Origin: Bacteroidota bacterium
Lineage (GTDB): Bacteria; Bacteroidota; Bacteroidia; Bacteroidales; VadinHA17
Assembly: GCA_003250475.1 (NCBI GenBank)
Contig: QKGI01000048.1
Coordinates: 196 to 64,195, forward strand
Length of the DNA: 64,000 nucleotides
Reading direction: 5' to 3'
This document shows, piece after piece, positions 36,855 through 47,118 of this stretch. A program made the translations under genes and the position numbers. Each line of letters starts with the position of its first letter. Positions within the stretch are counted from its first letter, which is position 1. The notes beneath the pieces are model-generated. The model worked only from the letters and a program-made list of their open reading frames with translations, made no database searches and was not told where the DNA came from.

Positions 36855-37661
36855 ATGGAAACAGGTAACCGTCCCATCGGTATTTTTGACTCAGGGGTAG
36901 GGGGACTGACAGTGGCTCATGCCATACGACAGACACTCCCGGGAGAACAGATAATCTATTTTGGAGATACAGCTCACCTTCCTTATGGTGATAAATCGGA
37001 GGAGGCAATAAGGGGCTACTCAAAACGTATCGCTGAATTTCTCCTGGGATATGATGCAAAGGTGGTTCTTATAGCCTGCAACTCTGCATCAGCATCGGCT
37101 TATGAGAATCTTCTCGCCGAATACAGTAACAAAGCCCTTATTCTTGATGTTATAAACCCGGTGGTTGAATATGTTGCAGCACGTCATTTTGAGCGACTGG
37201 GCGTGATAGGGACCAAACGGACAATCAGTTCGGGCACTTATGAAAAGAAGCTGCATGAAGCTGCCCCGGGAACAGTGCTGTCATCCCTCGCCACCCCACT
37301 GCTGGTCCCGATGATCGAGGAGGGGTTTATATTTGACGATATCAGCAATGCTATCATACGTACATACCTCTCTGACACGAGGCTGCAGAAGATAAATGCC
37401 CTGATACTGGGATGCACACACTATCCCATTATACGCAACCAGATCAGTAAATTCTTCAATTTTAATGTTGAAGTAATAGACTCTGCACGTATAGTGGCTG
37501 CCCGCCTCAGGGAGACCCTCGAGAGACATAATATGGTCAACAGGGGAGAGGCAGGTGAGGATCTCTTCTTCATCTCTGACTACACCGAATACTTCGAGAA
37601 GATCGCAAGGATGTTCTTCGAAAGCTCAATCAATCTTCAGAAAGCGGACATCTGGTCCTGA
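36855..37661 (+). CDS. murI: glutamate racemase
   Basis: IGIFDSGVGGLTV, ACNSASA and LGCTHYP catalytic cysteine motifs. Confidence 0.92.
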   Translation: METGNRPIGIFDSGVGGLTVAHAIRQTLPGEQIIYFGDTAHLPYGDKSEEAIRGYSKRIAEFLLGYDAKVVLIACNSASASAYENLLAEYSNKALILDVINPVVEYVAARHFERLGVIGTKRTISSGTYEKKLHEAAPGTVLSSLATPLLVPMIEEGFIFDDISNAIIRTYLSDTRLQKINALILGCTHYPIIRNQISKFFNFNVEVIDSARIVAARLRETLERHNMVNRGEAGEDLFFISDYTEYFEKIARMFFESSINLQKADIWS

Positions 37662-37848
37662 AATCTTGCTAAGACTACTCGCTGACTTACCCCCGGAACA
37701 GTATTATAAGACTAACTGTGAGTGATTTGCCAGATCATAACAAACATGATCAAAATCATACGGATATATAAGTCTAATAGTGAACTTAGCTTCATCATAC
37801 TGGTTATTATTTTCATAGTACTCATAAAATAAATTCGTTACTATCATC

Positions 37849-39693
37849 ATGGGAAAAAGATCAATGGTCATTGATAAGGATGAGGTGGTTATCAGGTTCT
37901 CAGGCGACTCTGGTGACGGGATGCAGCTCACCGGCACTCTCTTCTCCAACACGTCGGCCCTGTTCGGACATGATATCTCCACCTTCCCGGATTATCCTGC
38001 GGAGATAAGGGCTCCGCAAGGTACCGTTGGAGGTGTCTCCGGTTTTCAGGTACATATAGGGCACAAACTGGTCAACACTCCCGGAGATTTTGCTGACGTC
38101 CTTGTGGCGATGAACCCTGCCGCTATCCGGGCCAATGCCCACGGGCTGAGGAAAGGTTCCACAATCATTTATGACTCAGACAATTTCACCGAGAAGCATA
38201 TCCAGCGTGCAGGCTATATTTCTGATCCCTTTACCGAGGACAAGCTTGACTCAATGCACCTTATTGCAGCTCCTATCACCTCGCTGGTGAGGGAAGCCCT
38301 CAAGGGTATGGATATTGATCCTAAGACCGCCCTGCGAACAAAGAATATGTTCGCTCTCGGTATGGTTTACTGGCTTTTTGACAGCAAGCTCAAGTATACC
38401 GAGGATTTTATTGAAGAGAAGTTCGGGAAGAAGCCTGTGATGGCAGAGGCCAACAGCATTGTCCTCAGGGCAGGCTACTACTACGCCGAGACCATTGAGG
38501 CACTTACTCCCTCTTACAGGGTCAGCCCGGCTCCTATTGCCAATGGCACATACCGCAACATAAACGGGAACCAGGCCACGGCATGGGGTCTGCTTGCCGC
38601 CGCAGAGAAAGCCAACCTCAGGCTTTTTATAGGTTCATATCCTATCACTCCTGCAACCGGCATTCTTGAGGAGCTGGCTATGAGGAAAGACCTTGGTGTC
38701 AAGAGTCTGCAGGCTGAAGATGAGATTGCAGGCATATGCTCTGCTATAGGAGCCAGTTTTACCGGTCGCCTGGCGGTGACTTCCACCTCGGGACCGGGTC
38801 TCGCCCTCAAGTCGGAAGCTCTCAACCTGGCCGTGATGACCGAGCTGCCGCTGGTGGTGGTTGACGTACAGCGGGGCGGGCCCTCAACAGGCCTCCCAAC
38901 CAAAACCGAGCAGTCTGACCTGTGGCAGGCTCTCTATGGCCGTAACGGCGAGAGCCCTGTTGTGGTCATGGCTGCAGGCACACCCTCTGACTGTTTCATG
39001 TATGCCTTTGAAGCCGCTAAGATCGCCGTCGAACATATGACACCTGTCTTACTGCTCACTGACAGTTACCTGGCAAACGGTTCGGAACCGTGGAAGATCC
39101 CGGCAATGAAAGATCTCCCTTCCATCAAGGTGCCCCTGGCAGTGAAGACTGAGAAGGAGTACCTGCCATATGAGAGAGACCCTGAAACACTTGCCCGTAA
39201 GTGGGCAGTGCCGGGAACACCTGGCCTGGAGCACCGCATCGGCGGACTCGAAAAGACAATTAAGGGAAGCGTTTCATATACCCCCGAGAACCATGAGTAT
39301 ATGGTCAGAATGCGGGAGGAGAAGGTGGAACGTATAGTATCCGAGGTACCTGACCTCGAAGTGACTGGCAAGGACTCGGGCGACCTGCTCGTGATCGGCT
39401 GGGGAAGCACCTACGGCCATATCTATACTGCTGTCAGCGAACTGCAGGAAGAGGGATACAAGATCTCATCGGCACAATTTAACTACATAAGACCACTGCC
39501 AAAAAACACAGATGAGGTGTTCGCAGGATTTGAAAAGCTGCTTGTATGTGAGCTGAACTCGGGCCAGTTTGCCAACTATCTGAGGATGAAGCACCAGAAA
39601 TATACATATCATCAGTATAACAAGATACAGGGGCTGCCGTTCACTATCAAAGAGATAAAGGAATATTGTATTAAACTGCTGGAGGGTAAATAA
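37849..39693 (+). CDS. korA: 2-oxoacid:ferredoxin oxidoreductase subunit alpha (KorA-type)
   Basis: Fused gamma+alpha architecture (FSGDSGDGMQLTG ... YPITPAT ... GPGLALK). Confidence 0.85.
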   Translation: MGKRSMVIDKDEVVIRFSGDSGDGMQLTGTLFSNTSALFGHDISTFPDYPAEIRAPQGTVGGVSGFQVHIGHKLVNTPGDFADVLVAMNPAAIRANAHGLRKGSTIIYDSDNFTEKHIQRAGYISDPFTEDKLDSMHLIAAPITSLVREALKGMDIDPKTALRTKNMFALGMVYWLFDSKLKYTEDFIEEKFGKKPVMAEANSIVLRAGYYYAETIEALTPSYRVSPAPIANGTYRNINGNQATAWGLLAAAEKANLRLFIGSYPITPATGILEELAMRKDLGVKSLQAEDEIAGICSAIGASFTGRLAVTSTSGPGLALKSEALNLAVMTELPLVVVDVQRGGPSTGLPTKTEQSDLWQALYGRNGESPVVVMAAGTPSDCFMYAFEAAKIAVEHMTPVLLLTDSYLANGSEPWKIPAMKDLPSIKVPLAVKTEKEYLPYERDPETLARKWAVPGTPGLEHRIGGLEKTIKGSVSYTPENHEYMVRMREEKVERIVSEVPDLEVTGKDSGDLLVIGWGSTYGHIYTAVSELQEEGYKISSAQFNYIRPLPKNTDEVFAGFEKLLVCELNSGQFANYLRMKHQKYTYHQYNKIQGLPFTIKEIKEYCIKLLEGK

Positions 39694-39694
39694 A

Positions 39695-40717
39695 ATGAAT
39701 GAAACAAATACTATGCACTACGTAGCCAAGGATTTCAAGAGCGATCAGGAAGTAAGATGGTGCCCCGGATGCGGTGACCACGGTATTCTCGCCTCTTTGC
39801 AGAAGACCATGGCTGAGCTGGACATCCCGAAGGAAAATTATGTCTTTGTCTCAGGTATCGGCTGTTCGTCAAGGCTGCCTTACTATATGAATACGTACGG
39901 TTTCCACAGTATCCACGGAAGGGCTGCCGCTATTGCCACCGGCATCAAGATTGCCAACCCTGATCTAATGGTATGGGAGATGACCGGCGACGGTGACGCC
40001 CTGGCTATTGGCGGTAACCATTATATACATGCCATAAGGCGTAACATTGACATCAAGATCATCCTCTTTAACAATGAGATATACGGCCTTACCAAAGGAC
40101 AGTACTCACCTACCTCCAAGAAAGGCCTGGTCACCAAGACCTCTCCTTTCGGCACCATTGAAGAGGCATTCAAGATAGGCGAGCTGACGATAGGGGCCAA
40201 CGGACGCTTTTTTGCACGTACGGTTGACTATAACCTTCAGCTCTCCAACGAGGTGTACAAGGAAGCTGCCAGGTTCCACGGCACAGCAGTGGTTGAGGTT
40301 ATACAGAACTGTGTGATATTCAATGACGGTGCCCATGATGCCTTCACCAGCAAGGAGAACAGGGATGACAACACTATCGTTCTACGCCACGGCGAGAAGA
40401 TGATCTTCGGCAAGAACCGTGACAAAGGGATCATCCTAAAGGATCTTAAGCTGAAGGTTGTGAAGCTGGGTGAGGATGGCATCACTGAAGATGATATCCT
40501 TGTTCACGATGCTCATGAGCCTAATCCCGGCATACACTACAGACTTGCCGGTATGACCCTTCCCGAGTACCCTGTTGCCATGGGTGTCATCAGAGCCATC
40601 GATGCTCAGACCTATGATGCAGCCATGGGTGAACAGCATGAGAGAGTACAGGCAGCATCAAAGATCAAGAGTGTTGATGATCTGCTGATGAGCGGGTCAA
40701 CCTGGGAAGTGAAGTAA
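39695..40717 (+). CDS. korB: 2-oxoacid:ferredoxin oxidoreductase subunit beta (KorB-type, TPP-binding)
   Basis: WCPGCGDHGIL, GIGCSSR, and GDGD...GGNH TPP-binding motif. Starts 2 nt after the korA stop. Confidence 0.85.
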   Translation: MNETNTMHYVAKDFKSDQEVRWCPGCGDHGILASLQKTMAELDIPKENYVFVSGIGCSSRLPYYMNTYGFHSIHGRAAAIATGIKIANPDLMVWEMTGDGDALAIGGNHYIHAIRRNIDIKIILFNNEIYGLTKGQYSPTSKKGLVTKTSPFGTIEEAFKIGELTIGANGRFFARTVDYNLQLSNEVYKEAARFHGTAVVEVIQNCVIFNDGAHDAFTSKENRDDNTIVLRHGEKMIFGKNRDKGIILKDLKLKVVKLGEDGITEDDILVHDAHEPNPGIHYRLAGMTLPEYPVAMGVIRAIDAQTYDAAMGEQHERVQAASKIKSVDDLLMSGSTWEVK

Positions 40718-40796
40718 AGGTCACCCTTTCCCTTTTAGGGGAGACATTCTCATTCTATTTCACTAATTTTGGCGTCGGAATTTGCCAGATGCCCTT

Positions 40797-43700
40797 ATGA
40801 GTAATTACCCTGAAGCCGGAAGCGGCAACACGAGAGACTTACATGACCAGCAGGAGCGCCTGAAGGAGCTGGCATGCATTAACCGTGCCACACAGATACT
40901 CAAGGAGAGGAAGCCTGTTGATGAGACGATGATGCATCTGGTGCTTGAGTTTCCGCCCGCGATGCAGTATCCGGAGTTTACCGTAGCCCGTATTATGTTT
41001 CAGGGAAGATCGTTTGAAACACCCGGCTTCAGGGAGACAGAATGGAACCTGGCAAGAAACTTCGCTACCATAGATGGCAACGGCAGCGTTGAGATATGCT
41101 ATACCAAAGAGTTTCTACCCGGGGATGAAGGCCCCTTCCTGAAGGAGGAACGGGAGCTGATCGACAATGTCACAGGACTTATTACAGGCTATATAAACAG
41201 CCTCACGGCGGGCACATCACGTGCCGGTGACAGCAAGGAGAGCGTTGAAGTCGATATGTCCAGCCATTCGATCCGGCGTCTGTTGCAGCAATTCCTTGAC
41301 AGGCATAACGCCGAACGGGATGTCTTTCACGACCTGATGCCATTCATGGTCAGGGAGATACTTCTCGTGGCAAGTCTCTATGACGCCTATTCAATTGAAG
41401 GCGAAGGACGGTTCTCGGATTATATGCTCGGAGAGTACTACCAGATGAGCCTGACCACCATCCCGCGTATCACGGGTGTGTCAGGTGAGGATGAGGCTTT
41501 CTCACGCCTGGGGGTGAGACACTATGATATGATCATCATCATGGTGGGGGTTGACAAGACCAACCCTATGAACCTGTGCCGGAAGATAAAGGAGAAGTAC
41601 CCGTATATCCCTACATACCTGCTTCTGAACAACCCCGTGGATATTCCGTATGTCCAGGAACAGAAAAAGCTGGGGGTGCCATTTGACAACCTCTTTGTGT
41701 GGACAGGAGAATCAAGGGTCTTCTTTGCCATGGCCAAGTTGCTCGAAGACAAGGTCAACGTGGGTAATGACACACGAAAGGGACTGACAGGGGTGATACT
41801 GATCATCGAGGATTCCCCTGACTACTATTCCAGCTATGTGCCCATGCTCTATACCCTTGTCCTGGAGCAGACACGCATACTTATTGAGGATGTCTCCTCC
41901 GATGAGCTGTACAAGGTGCTTAAGCTGAGAGCCCGGCCCAAGATATTGCTTGCAACAACCTGGGAGGAGGCCATCTCCGTCTATGAGAAATACAAAGACA
42001 GGCTTCTGGGTGTCATCTCGGACATGCGCTTTCCCCGTGACGGTGTGCTGAATGATATGGCCGGTTTTGACATGATAAGCCTGATCAGGGCGGAACAGAC
42101 CAACCTGCCTACAGTACTCCAGTCATCCGACCCCGGCAATGCCATTTATGCTACGCAACTGCAGGCCAACTTCATTAACAAGAACTCCGAGACACTTCTC
42201 CAGGACCTGAAGTCATTCATAAATTACTACCTCGGGTTTGGACATTTTGTCTATCGTGACACCAAAGGACGACAGATTGCTGTGGCAAAATCCATGAAGC
42301 AGTTCGAAGCTTTTCTCAAGACAGTACCCGAGGACTCCCTGGTCTATCACGCCATGAAGAACCATTTCTCACTGTGGCTGATGGCAAGAGGTGAGGTGAA
42401 GATAGCCAAGATAATCAACCCGGTAAAGATATCTGACTTCAAAAGCCTGAGAGAGATGCGTGAGTTCATCATCGATGTCATCCGTAAAAGGAGGCGTGAG
42501 ATGAACAAAGGCAAGGTTGTCAATTTTGACGAGTCCCTGATGATCGACGAATCAAACGTGGTAAGCTTTGCCGGCGGCTCACTAGGAGGAAAAGGCCGCG
42601 GCCTGGCATTCGTGAGTACCCTTATATACAGCTTCGAGCTTGGCAGGCTGTTGCCTGGCATTAATATCAAGACGCCCGTTACCGCCATCATAGGTACGGA
42701 TGAGTTTGACCAGTTCATGGATAGCAACAGGCTGTGGGAGGTGGTAAACAAGGAGAAGGATTTTTCGGAGCTGCAGAAACAGTTTCTCGCCGGAAGCCTC
42801 AGTGATGATCTGGAGGAGAAGCTGAGAGCCTTCATAAAGATCAACAACAGACCTCTTGCGGTAAGGTCATCGAGTCTTTTTGAAGACTCTCTGAGTCAGC
42901 CTTTCTCCGGTATCTTCGGCACCTATCTGCTGCCCAACAACCACCCTGATCACGAGGTGCGGCTGATGCAACTCATCGGTGCCATCAAGCTGGTCTTTTC
43001 ATCTATCTATTCTGACAACTCACGTATTTATTTTGAGGCAATAAACTACAAGGTGGAGCAGGAGAGGATGGCTGTCGTCATACAGGCAGTCGTAGGCAAC
43101 AGGTACGGAGACATCTTCTACCCCCATATCAGCGGCACGGCACAGTCGTTCAACTTTTATCCTGTGGCAAACATGACACCTCATGACGGGTTTGCTGTTG
43201 CTGCGGTAGGCCTGGGTCAGTATGTGCTCGACGGTGAGAGAGCTTTCAGGTTCTCACCCTCCTTCCCGGCACTGGATATCGTAAGTATAAATGACCTCAC
43301 CAGGTATTCCCAGACGGAGTTTTACGCTATCAACCTTGCAAGAAGTGAGGTTGACCTGCTCCAGGGAGAGAATGCCGGGCTGGTAAAGCTTGACATAAGC
43401 AGGGCGGAGGATGACGGCACCCTCAGGCATGCAGCCTCTGTATACAGTATAGATAATGATACCCTTATTCCCGGTCTGTATGATGCAGGACCGAGGGTTA
43501 TCAATTTTGCCAATATCCTTAAGTATGATTACATCCCTCTGGCAAAAACACTCAAGACAGTGCTCGAGGTTGTCAGGGAGGCCTTCGGTGCGCCGGTGGA
43601 GATTGAGTATGCCGTTGACCTCGACAAGGACGCGGAGGGCAAAGCTACCTTCTACCTTCTGCAGATCAAGCCGCTGGTAGGCAGCGGAGCCGGGTATTCC

Positions 43701-44237
43701 ATCGATCCCGAGAGCGTCTATACCGATGACATGCTTCTTGTCTCAAGGAAGAGCATGGGTAACGGCCTCATCGATGATGTTACGGATATTGTCTATATCG
43801 AACCCGACATGTTCGATAACCTGAAGACCAGTGAGATGGCGGCGGAGATAGATGGTATCAACAGGAAGATGCTGGCCCGGGGAAGAAAGTATGTGCTTAT
43901 AGGGCCGGGGCGCTGGGGTACCAAAGACCGTTTCCTGGGTATACCTGTGGCATGGCCGCAGATATCCAACGCCAAGGTGATAGTGGAGGTCAGCCTTCCT
44001 CATTTTCACATAGATGCCTCGCAGGGCTCCCATTTCTTCCATAATGTCACCTCAATGAATATCGGATACCTCTCGGTGAACGAAGCCACGGCTGAGGGTG
44101 TCGTCATGTGGGACAGGCTCAGGAAACAGAAAGAGATAGACAGGGGCATCTATTTCAGGCATGTCAGGTTTGACAGGCCACTGGTGATAAGAATGGATGG
44201 TAAGATAGGAATGGCGGTTATCTCCGTCAGCAGCTGA
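40797..44237 (+). CDS. large multidomain protein: N-terminal sensor-like domain, receiver-like domains, PPDK_N (PEP synthase/PPDK ATP-grasp) domain, unknown C-terminal domain
   Basis: REC-like ILIIEDSP...VISDMRFP...VLQSS. PPDK_N motifs GGKGRGLAF, LAVRSSSLFEDS, MAVVIQAVVG, EIEYAVD. No G-G-x-T-S-H phosphohistidine swivel motif and no PEP/pyruvate TIM-barrel motifs seen. ATG at 40797 preferred over TTG at 40782. Confidence 0.7.
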   Translation: MSNYPEAGSGNTRDLHDQQERLKELACINRATQILKERKPVDETMMHLVLEFPPAMQYPEFTVARIMFQGRSFETPGFRETEWNLARNFATIDGNGSVEICYTKEFLPGDEGPFLKEERELIDNVTGLITGYINSLTAGTSRAGDSKESVEVDMSSHSIRRLLQQFLDRHNAERDVFHDLMPFMVREILLVASLYDAYSIEGEGRFSDYMLGEYYQMSLTTIPRITGVSGEDEAFSRLGVRHYDMIIIMVGVDKTNPMNLCRKIKEKYPYIPTYLLLNNPVDIPYVQEQKKLGVPFDNLFVWTGESRVFFAMAKLLEDKVNVGNDTRKGLTGVILIIEDSPDYYSSYVPMLYTLVLEQTRILIEDVSSDELYKVLKLRARPKILLATTWEEAISVYEKYKDRLLGVISDMRFPRDGVLNDMAGFDMISLIRAEQTNLPTVLQSSDPGNAIYATQLQANFINKNSETLLQDLKSFINYYLGFGHFVYRDTKGRQIAVAKSMKQFEAFLKTVPEDSLVYHAMKNHFSLWLMARGEVKIAKIINPVKISDFKSLREMREFIIDVIRKRRREMNKGKVVNFDESLMIDESNVVSFAGGSLGGKGRGLAFVSTLIYSFELGRLLPGINIKTPVTAIIGTDEFDQFMDSNRLWEVVNKEKDFSELQKQFLAGSLSDDLEEKLRAFIKINNRPLAVRSSSLFEDSLSQPFSGIFGTYLLPNNHPDHEVRLMQLIGAIKLVFSSIYSDNSRIYFEAINYKVEQERMAVVIQAVVGNRYGDIFYPHISGTAQSFNFYPVANMTPHDGFAVAAVGLGQYVLDGERAFRFSPSFPALDIVSINDLTRYSQTEFYAINLARSEVDLLQGENAGLVKLDISRAEDDGTLRHAASVYSIDNDTLIPGLYDAGPRVINFANILKYDYIPLAKTLKTVLEVVREAFGAPVEIEYAVDLDKDAEGKATFYLLQIKPLVGSGAGYSIDPESVYTDDMLLVSRKSMGNGLIDDVTDIVYIEPDMFDNLKTSEMAAEIDGINRKMLARGRKYVLIGPGRWGTKDRFLGIPVAWPQISNAKVIVEVSLPHFHIDASQGSHFFHNVTSMNIGYLSVNEATAEGVVMWDRLRKQKEIDRGIYFRHVRFDRPLVIRMDGKIGMAVISVSS

Positions 44238-44285
44238 CCCTGGTACTTCCGGCTTTATCGTATCCCGGCATTAACGGTTGCCCGG

Positions 44286-45173
44286 TCACTGAACAGGTGA
44301 CAGGGCAGAGACAGCAACCCCGGGATTAATCTTTTTAATAAGACCCTGCAACACATTACCCGGACCGGCCTCAACGAATGAGTCAGCTCCGTCAGCTATC
44401 ATCCTCTCCACTGTCTGCGTCCATCTTACCGGGGAGGTTAATTGTGCTATCAGGTTGAGCATGATCTCGCCGGGGTCGGTGACAGGCAGGCCTGTCACAT
44501 TCTGATAGACAGGGCACAAAGGACTGCTGAAACGGGCTTTTCTGATAGCCTCCTCCAGCTCATACCTTGCCGGCTCCATGCATGGGGAATGGAATCCTCC
44601 GCTGACAGACAGGGGCACGATCCTTTTTGCGCCTCTCTGCTTCAACTCCTCCGTTGCCCTGGATATACCATCAAGGGTGCCGGAGATCACTATCTGCCCG
44701 GGACTGTTGTAGTTGGCCGGCACGACGGTCTCAGGCAGTGACTCACATACCTCCTCAACGATAGCGTCATCCATGCCGAGCACGGCAGCCATGGTGGACG
44801 GATTGACTGAACATGCCTTCTGCATGGCTGATGCCCTTCCGGCAACCAGGGTCAGCCCCTCTTCGAATGACAGTGCGCCGGCAGCCACCAGGGCTGAAAA
44901 CTCCCCCAGAGAGTGACCGGCAACCATCGCCGGCTTGAACTCATCACCGGCAATGGCCGTCAATATCACAGAGTGAAGGAAGATGGCAGGCTGTGTCACC
45001 CTTGTCTGCCTCAGTTCCTCAACTGTGCCTGCGAACATAATATCTGAAATACGGAAGCCAAGAATCGTGTTGGCCTTCTCAAACATATCACGGGCAAGGC
45101 CGAATCCGTCATACAAATCCTTCCCCATCCCTGTAAACTGGGCACCCTGCCCCGGAAATACAAATGCTTTCAT
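44286..45173 (-). CDS. fabD: ACP S-malonyltransferase
   Basis: FVFPGQGAQ, active site GHSLGE, ARYE..., GPG..L. Trimmed to the ATG at 45173. Confidence 0.92.
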   Translation of the reverse strand: MKAFVFPGQGAQFTGMGKDLYDGFGLARDMFEKANTILGFRISDIMFAGTVEELRQTRVTQPAIFLHSVILTAIAGDEFKPAMVAGHSLGEFSALVAAGALSFEEGLTLVAGRASAMQKACSVNPSTMAAVLGMDDAIVEEVCESLPETVVPANYNSPGQIVISGTLDGISRATEELKQRGAKRIVPLSVSGGFHSPCMEPARYELEEAIRKARFSSPLCPVYQNVTGLPVTDPGEIMLNLIAQLTSPVRWTQTVERMIADGADSFVEAGPGNVLQGLIKKINPGVAVSALSPVQ

Positions 45174-45286
45174 CTTTAATAAGCTTGATTTTTTATGGTA
45201 TAATGATTTGTCCCGCAACGAGGGACGACACCACTGTTTATGATCCTGTTAAAATTTATTTATCATTAAGGAAACACGAGTGATTC

Positions 45287-45314
45287 ATTATGCCGGGTCG
45301 GCTGCCGGCATAAT
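45287..45314 (-). terminator. hairpin immediately after the folE stop
   Basis: Perfect 10-bp stem ATTATGCCGG / CCGGCATAAT with an 8-nt loop, starting 5 nt beyond the folE stop. Confidence 0.5.
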
Positions 45315-45318
45315 GTTC

Positions 45319-45954
45319 TTAATGTAGTTTGCTGGCTATCAGTTGCATGAACTCCTCACGTGTGTTCAGGTTGGAGAGAAAGCAACCGGTAAAGGCTGAG
45401 GTAGTGGTGACTGAGTTCTGTTTCTGAACACCCCTGATCTGCATACACATGTGCTGAGCCTCTATGACGACAGCCACACCAAGAGGTTTAAGGTTCTCCT
45501 GGATACAGTTACGAATCTGGGTAGTGAGCCTCTCCTGCACCTGAAGCCTGGCGGCGTAGGTCTCGACAACACGCGCTATCTTGCTCAGACCGGTGATGTA
45601 ACCGTCAGGTATATATGCCACATGTGCCTTGCCATGGAAGGGTAACATATGGTGCTCACACATTGAGTAGATATCAATATCTTTGACTATCACCATCTGC
45701 CTGTACTCCTCCCTGAAGATAGCGCTGCGAAGTATCTCTTCCGGGTCGGAGCTGTATCCTCTCGTCAGGAAACTGAGAGCCTTGGCAACCCTCTCAGGTG
45801 TCTTAAGCAGGCCTTCCCTGTCAGGGTCTTCCCCCAGGAGCTTCAGTATCTTGTAGTAATAGCCGGAGATCTCGTTGATTGCCTCCGCATTCCATTTCTC
45901 GATCTTGTTGTAGCCGTCAGACAGCCTTCCGCTGCCGTCATTCAATCTTTCCAT
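45319..45954 (-). CDS. folE: GTP cyclohydrolase I (FolE)
   Basis: [29 protein letters not shown]. Start set to the ATG at 45954, 2 nt after the queD stop (alternative ATG at 45975). Confidence 0.88.
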   Translation of the reverse strand: MERLNDGSGRLSDGYNKIEKWNAEAINEISGYYYKILKLLGEDPDREGLLKTPERVAKALSFLTRGYSSDPEEILRSAIFREEYRQMVIVKDIDIYSMCEHHMLPFHGKAHVAYIPDGYITGLSKIARVVETYAARLQVQERLTTQIRNCIQENLKPLGVAVVIEAQHMCMQIRGVQKQNSVTTTSAFTGCFLSNLNTREEFMQLIASKLH

Positions 45955-45955
45955 T

Positions 45956-46366
45956 TTATCCGTAATATTCAACATAATTGTTTTCTGTCTCTTCCACCCT
46001 GACGCAATGCAGGATGGCGCCCTCTTTTGCCAGGGCATCCTCCAGCTCCTGCCAGATAGCCATCGCCAGGTTCTCTGTCGTAGCAACCTTACCTGCCATG
46101 AAGTCGGTCTCCAGGTTCATGTTTTTATGATCAAGCTTGACAATCACCTTCTCCTGGAGTATGTCTCTCAGCCTGGTGGCGTTCATAAAATACCCGGTCA
46201 CTGTATCCACCTCGCCCTTCACTGTCACCTTAAGCACGTAATTATGGCCATGCCACTGTGGATTTGAACATTTACCGTATATCTTCATGTTCTCCTCATC
46301 ACTGAGACCCTGCCGGAACATTCTGTGTGCAGAGCTGAAACGCTCTCTTCTTGTCAGGTAGATCAT
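45956..46366 (-). CDS. queD: 6-carboxytetrahydropterin synthase / 6-pyruvoyl-tetrahydropterin synthase family
   Basis: FSSAHR...C.NP..HGHNY...V, then DHKNMN motifs. Confidence 0.8.
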   Translation of the reverse strand: MIYLTRRERFSSAHRMFRQGLSDEENMKIYGKCSNPQWHGHNYVLKVTVKGEVDTVTGYFMNATRLRDILQEKVIVKLDHKNMNLETDFMAGKVATTENLAMAIWQELEDALAKEGAILHCVRVEETENNYVEYYG

Positions 46367-46452
46367 ATCCGCTAAATTAATTGGTTGACCGGAATGAGGA
46401 CTATTTTGTTCAAAAATAATATATTTATCACTCTTAATACTGATTTGGAATT

Positions 46453-47118
46453 ATGGATTATGCCCCCGGGGAGATACTCGTTGCCGTGGCACACTCTTCT
46501 GAGGAAGAGGCTGTCCGGCAGGCTGTCAGCGCTGCACAGGCAAATTGTGATATCCTTGTTACGGGTGTGGGAGGAGCGGCCATGTCATGGGCACTTCAGA
46601 AGAGGTTTGCATCGGGCCCCCGGCCTGCGGTTGTGATAGGTGCAGGCATAGCAGGCAGCTATCTCCCCTCCGTCTCGCCGGGAGAGGTGGTGATAGCCGG
46701 GTCGGACTGCTTTGCCGACATGGGAGTTGATGATAACGGAGAGTTCATCTCCCTTTTCGGTGCCCGCCTTGCCGATCCTGACAGGCCACCGTTCAGCGGG
46801 GGCAGGATAGTGTGCAGGGGCATGTTGTTTGACATGGCTTCAAAACTGTTTCCGGTGGTCTCCGCTGCCACGGTGAACATGTCTTCCGGATCACAGGTTG
46901 TCATTGACCGGATCCGGCGATCATGGAACCCGGAGATAGAGACGATGGAGGGGGCATGGATGGCATATGCGTGCGCCGTCTCCGGCATCGAATGGCTGTC
47001 AGTCAGGGCTGTATCAAATATGGTTGAACCACGCAACCTGAAGAACTGGGATATACCGCTTGCCCTGATGAAGCTGCAGGAAGCAATGTATGAAATACTT
47101 AATCTGTTAAAGAGATAA
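46453..47118 (+). CDS. mqnB: futalosine hydrolase (MqnB-like nucleosidase)
   Basis: PNP/UDP-1 fold motifs (VTGVGGAA, ETMEGAW, VRAVSNMV). 1-nt overlap (TAATG) with mqnD. Confidence 0.65.
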   Translation: MDYAPGEILVAVAHSSEEEAVRQAVSAAQANCDILVTGVGGAAMSWALQKRFASGPRPAVVIGAGIAGSYLPSVSPGEVVIAGSDCFADMGVDDNGEFISLFGARLADPDRPPFSGGRIVCRGMLFDMASKLFPVVSAATVNMSSGSQVVIDRIRRSWNPEIETMEGAWMAYACAVSGIEWLSVRAVSNMVEPRNLKNWDIPLALMKLQEAMYEILNLLKR

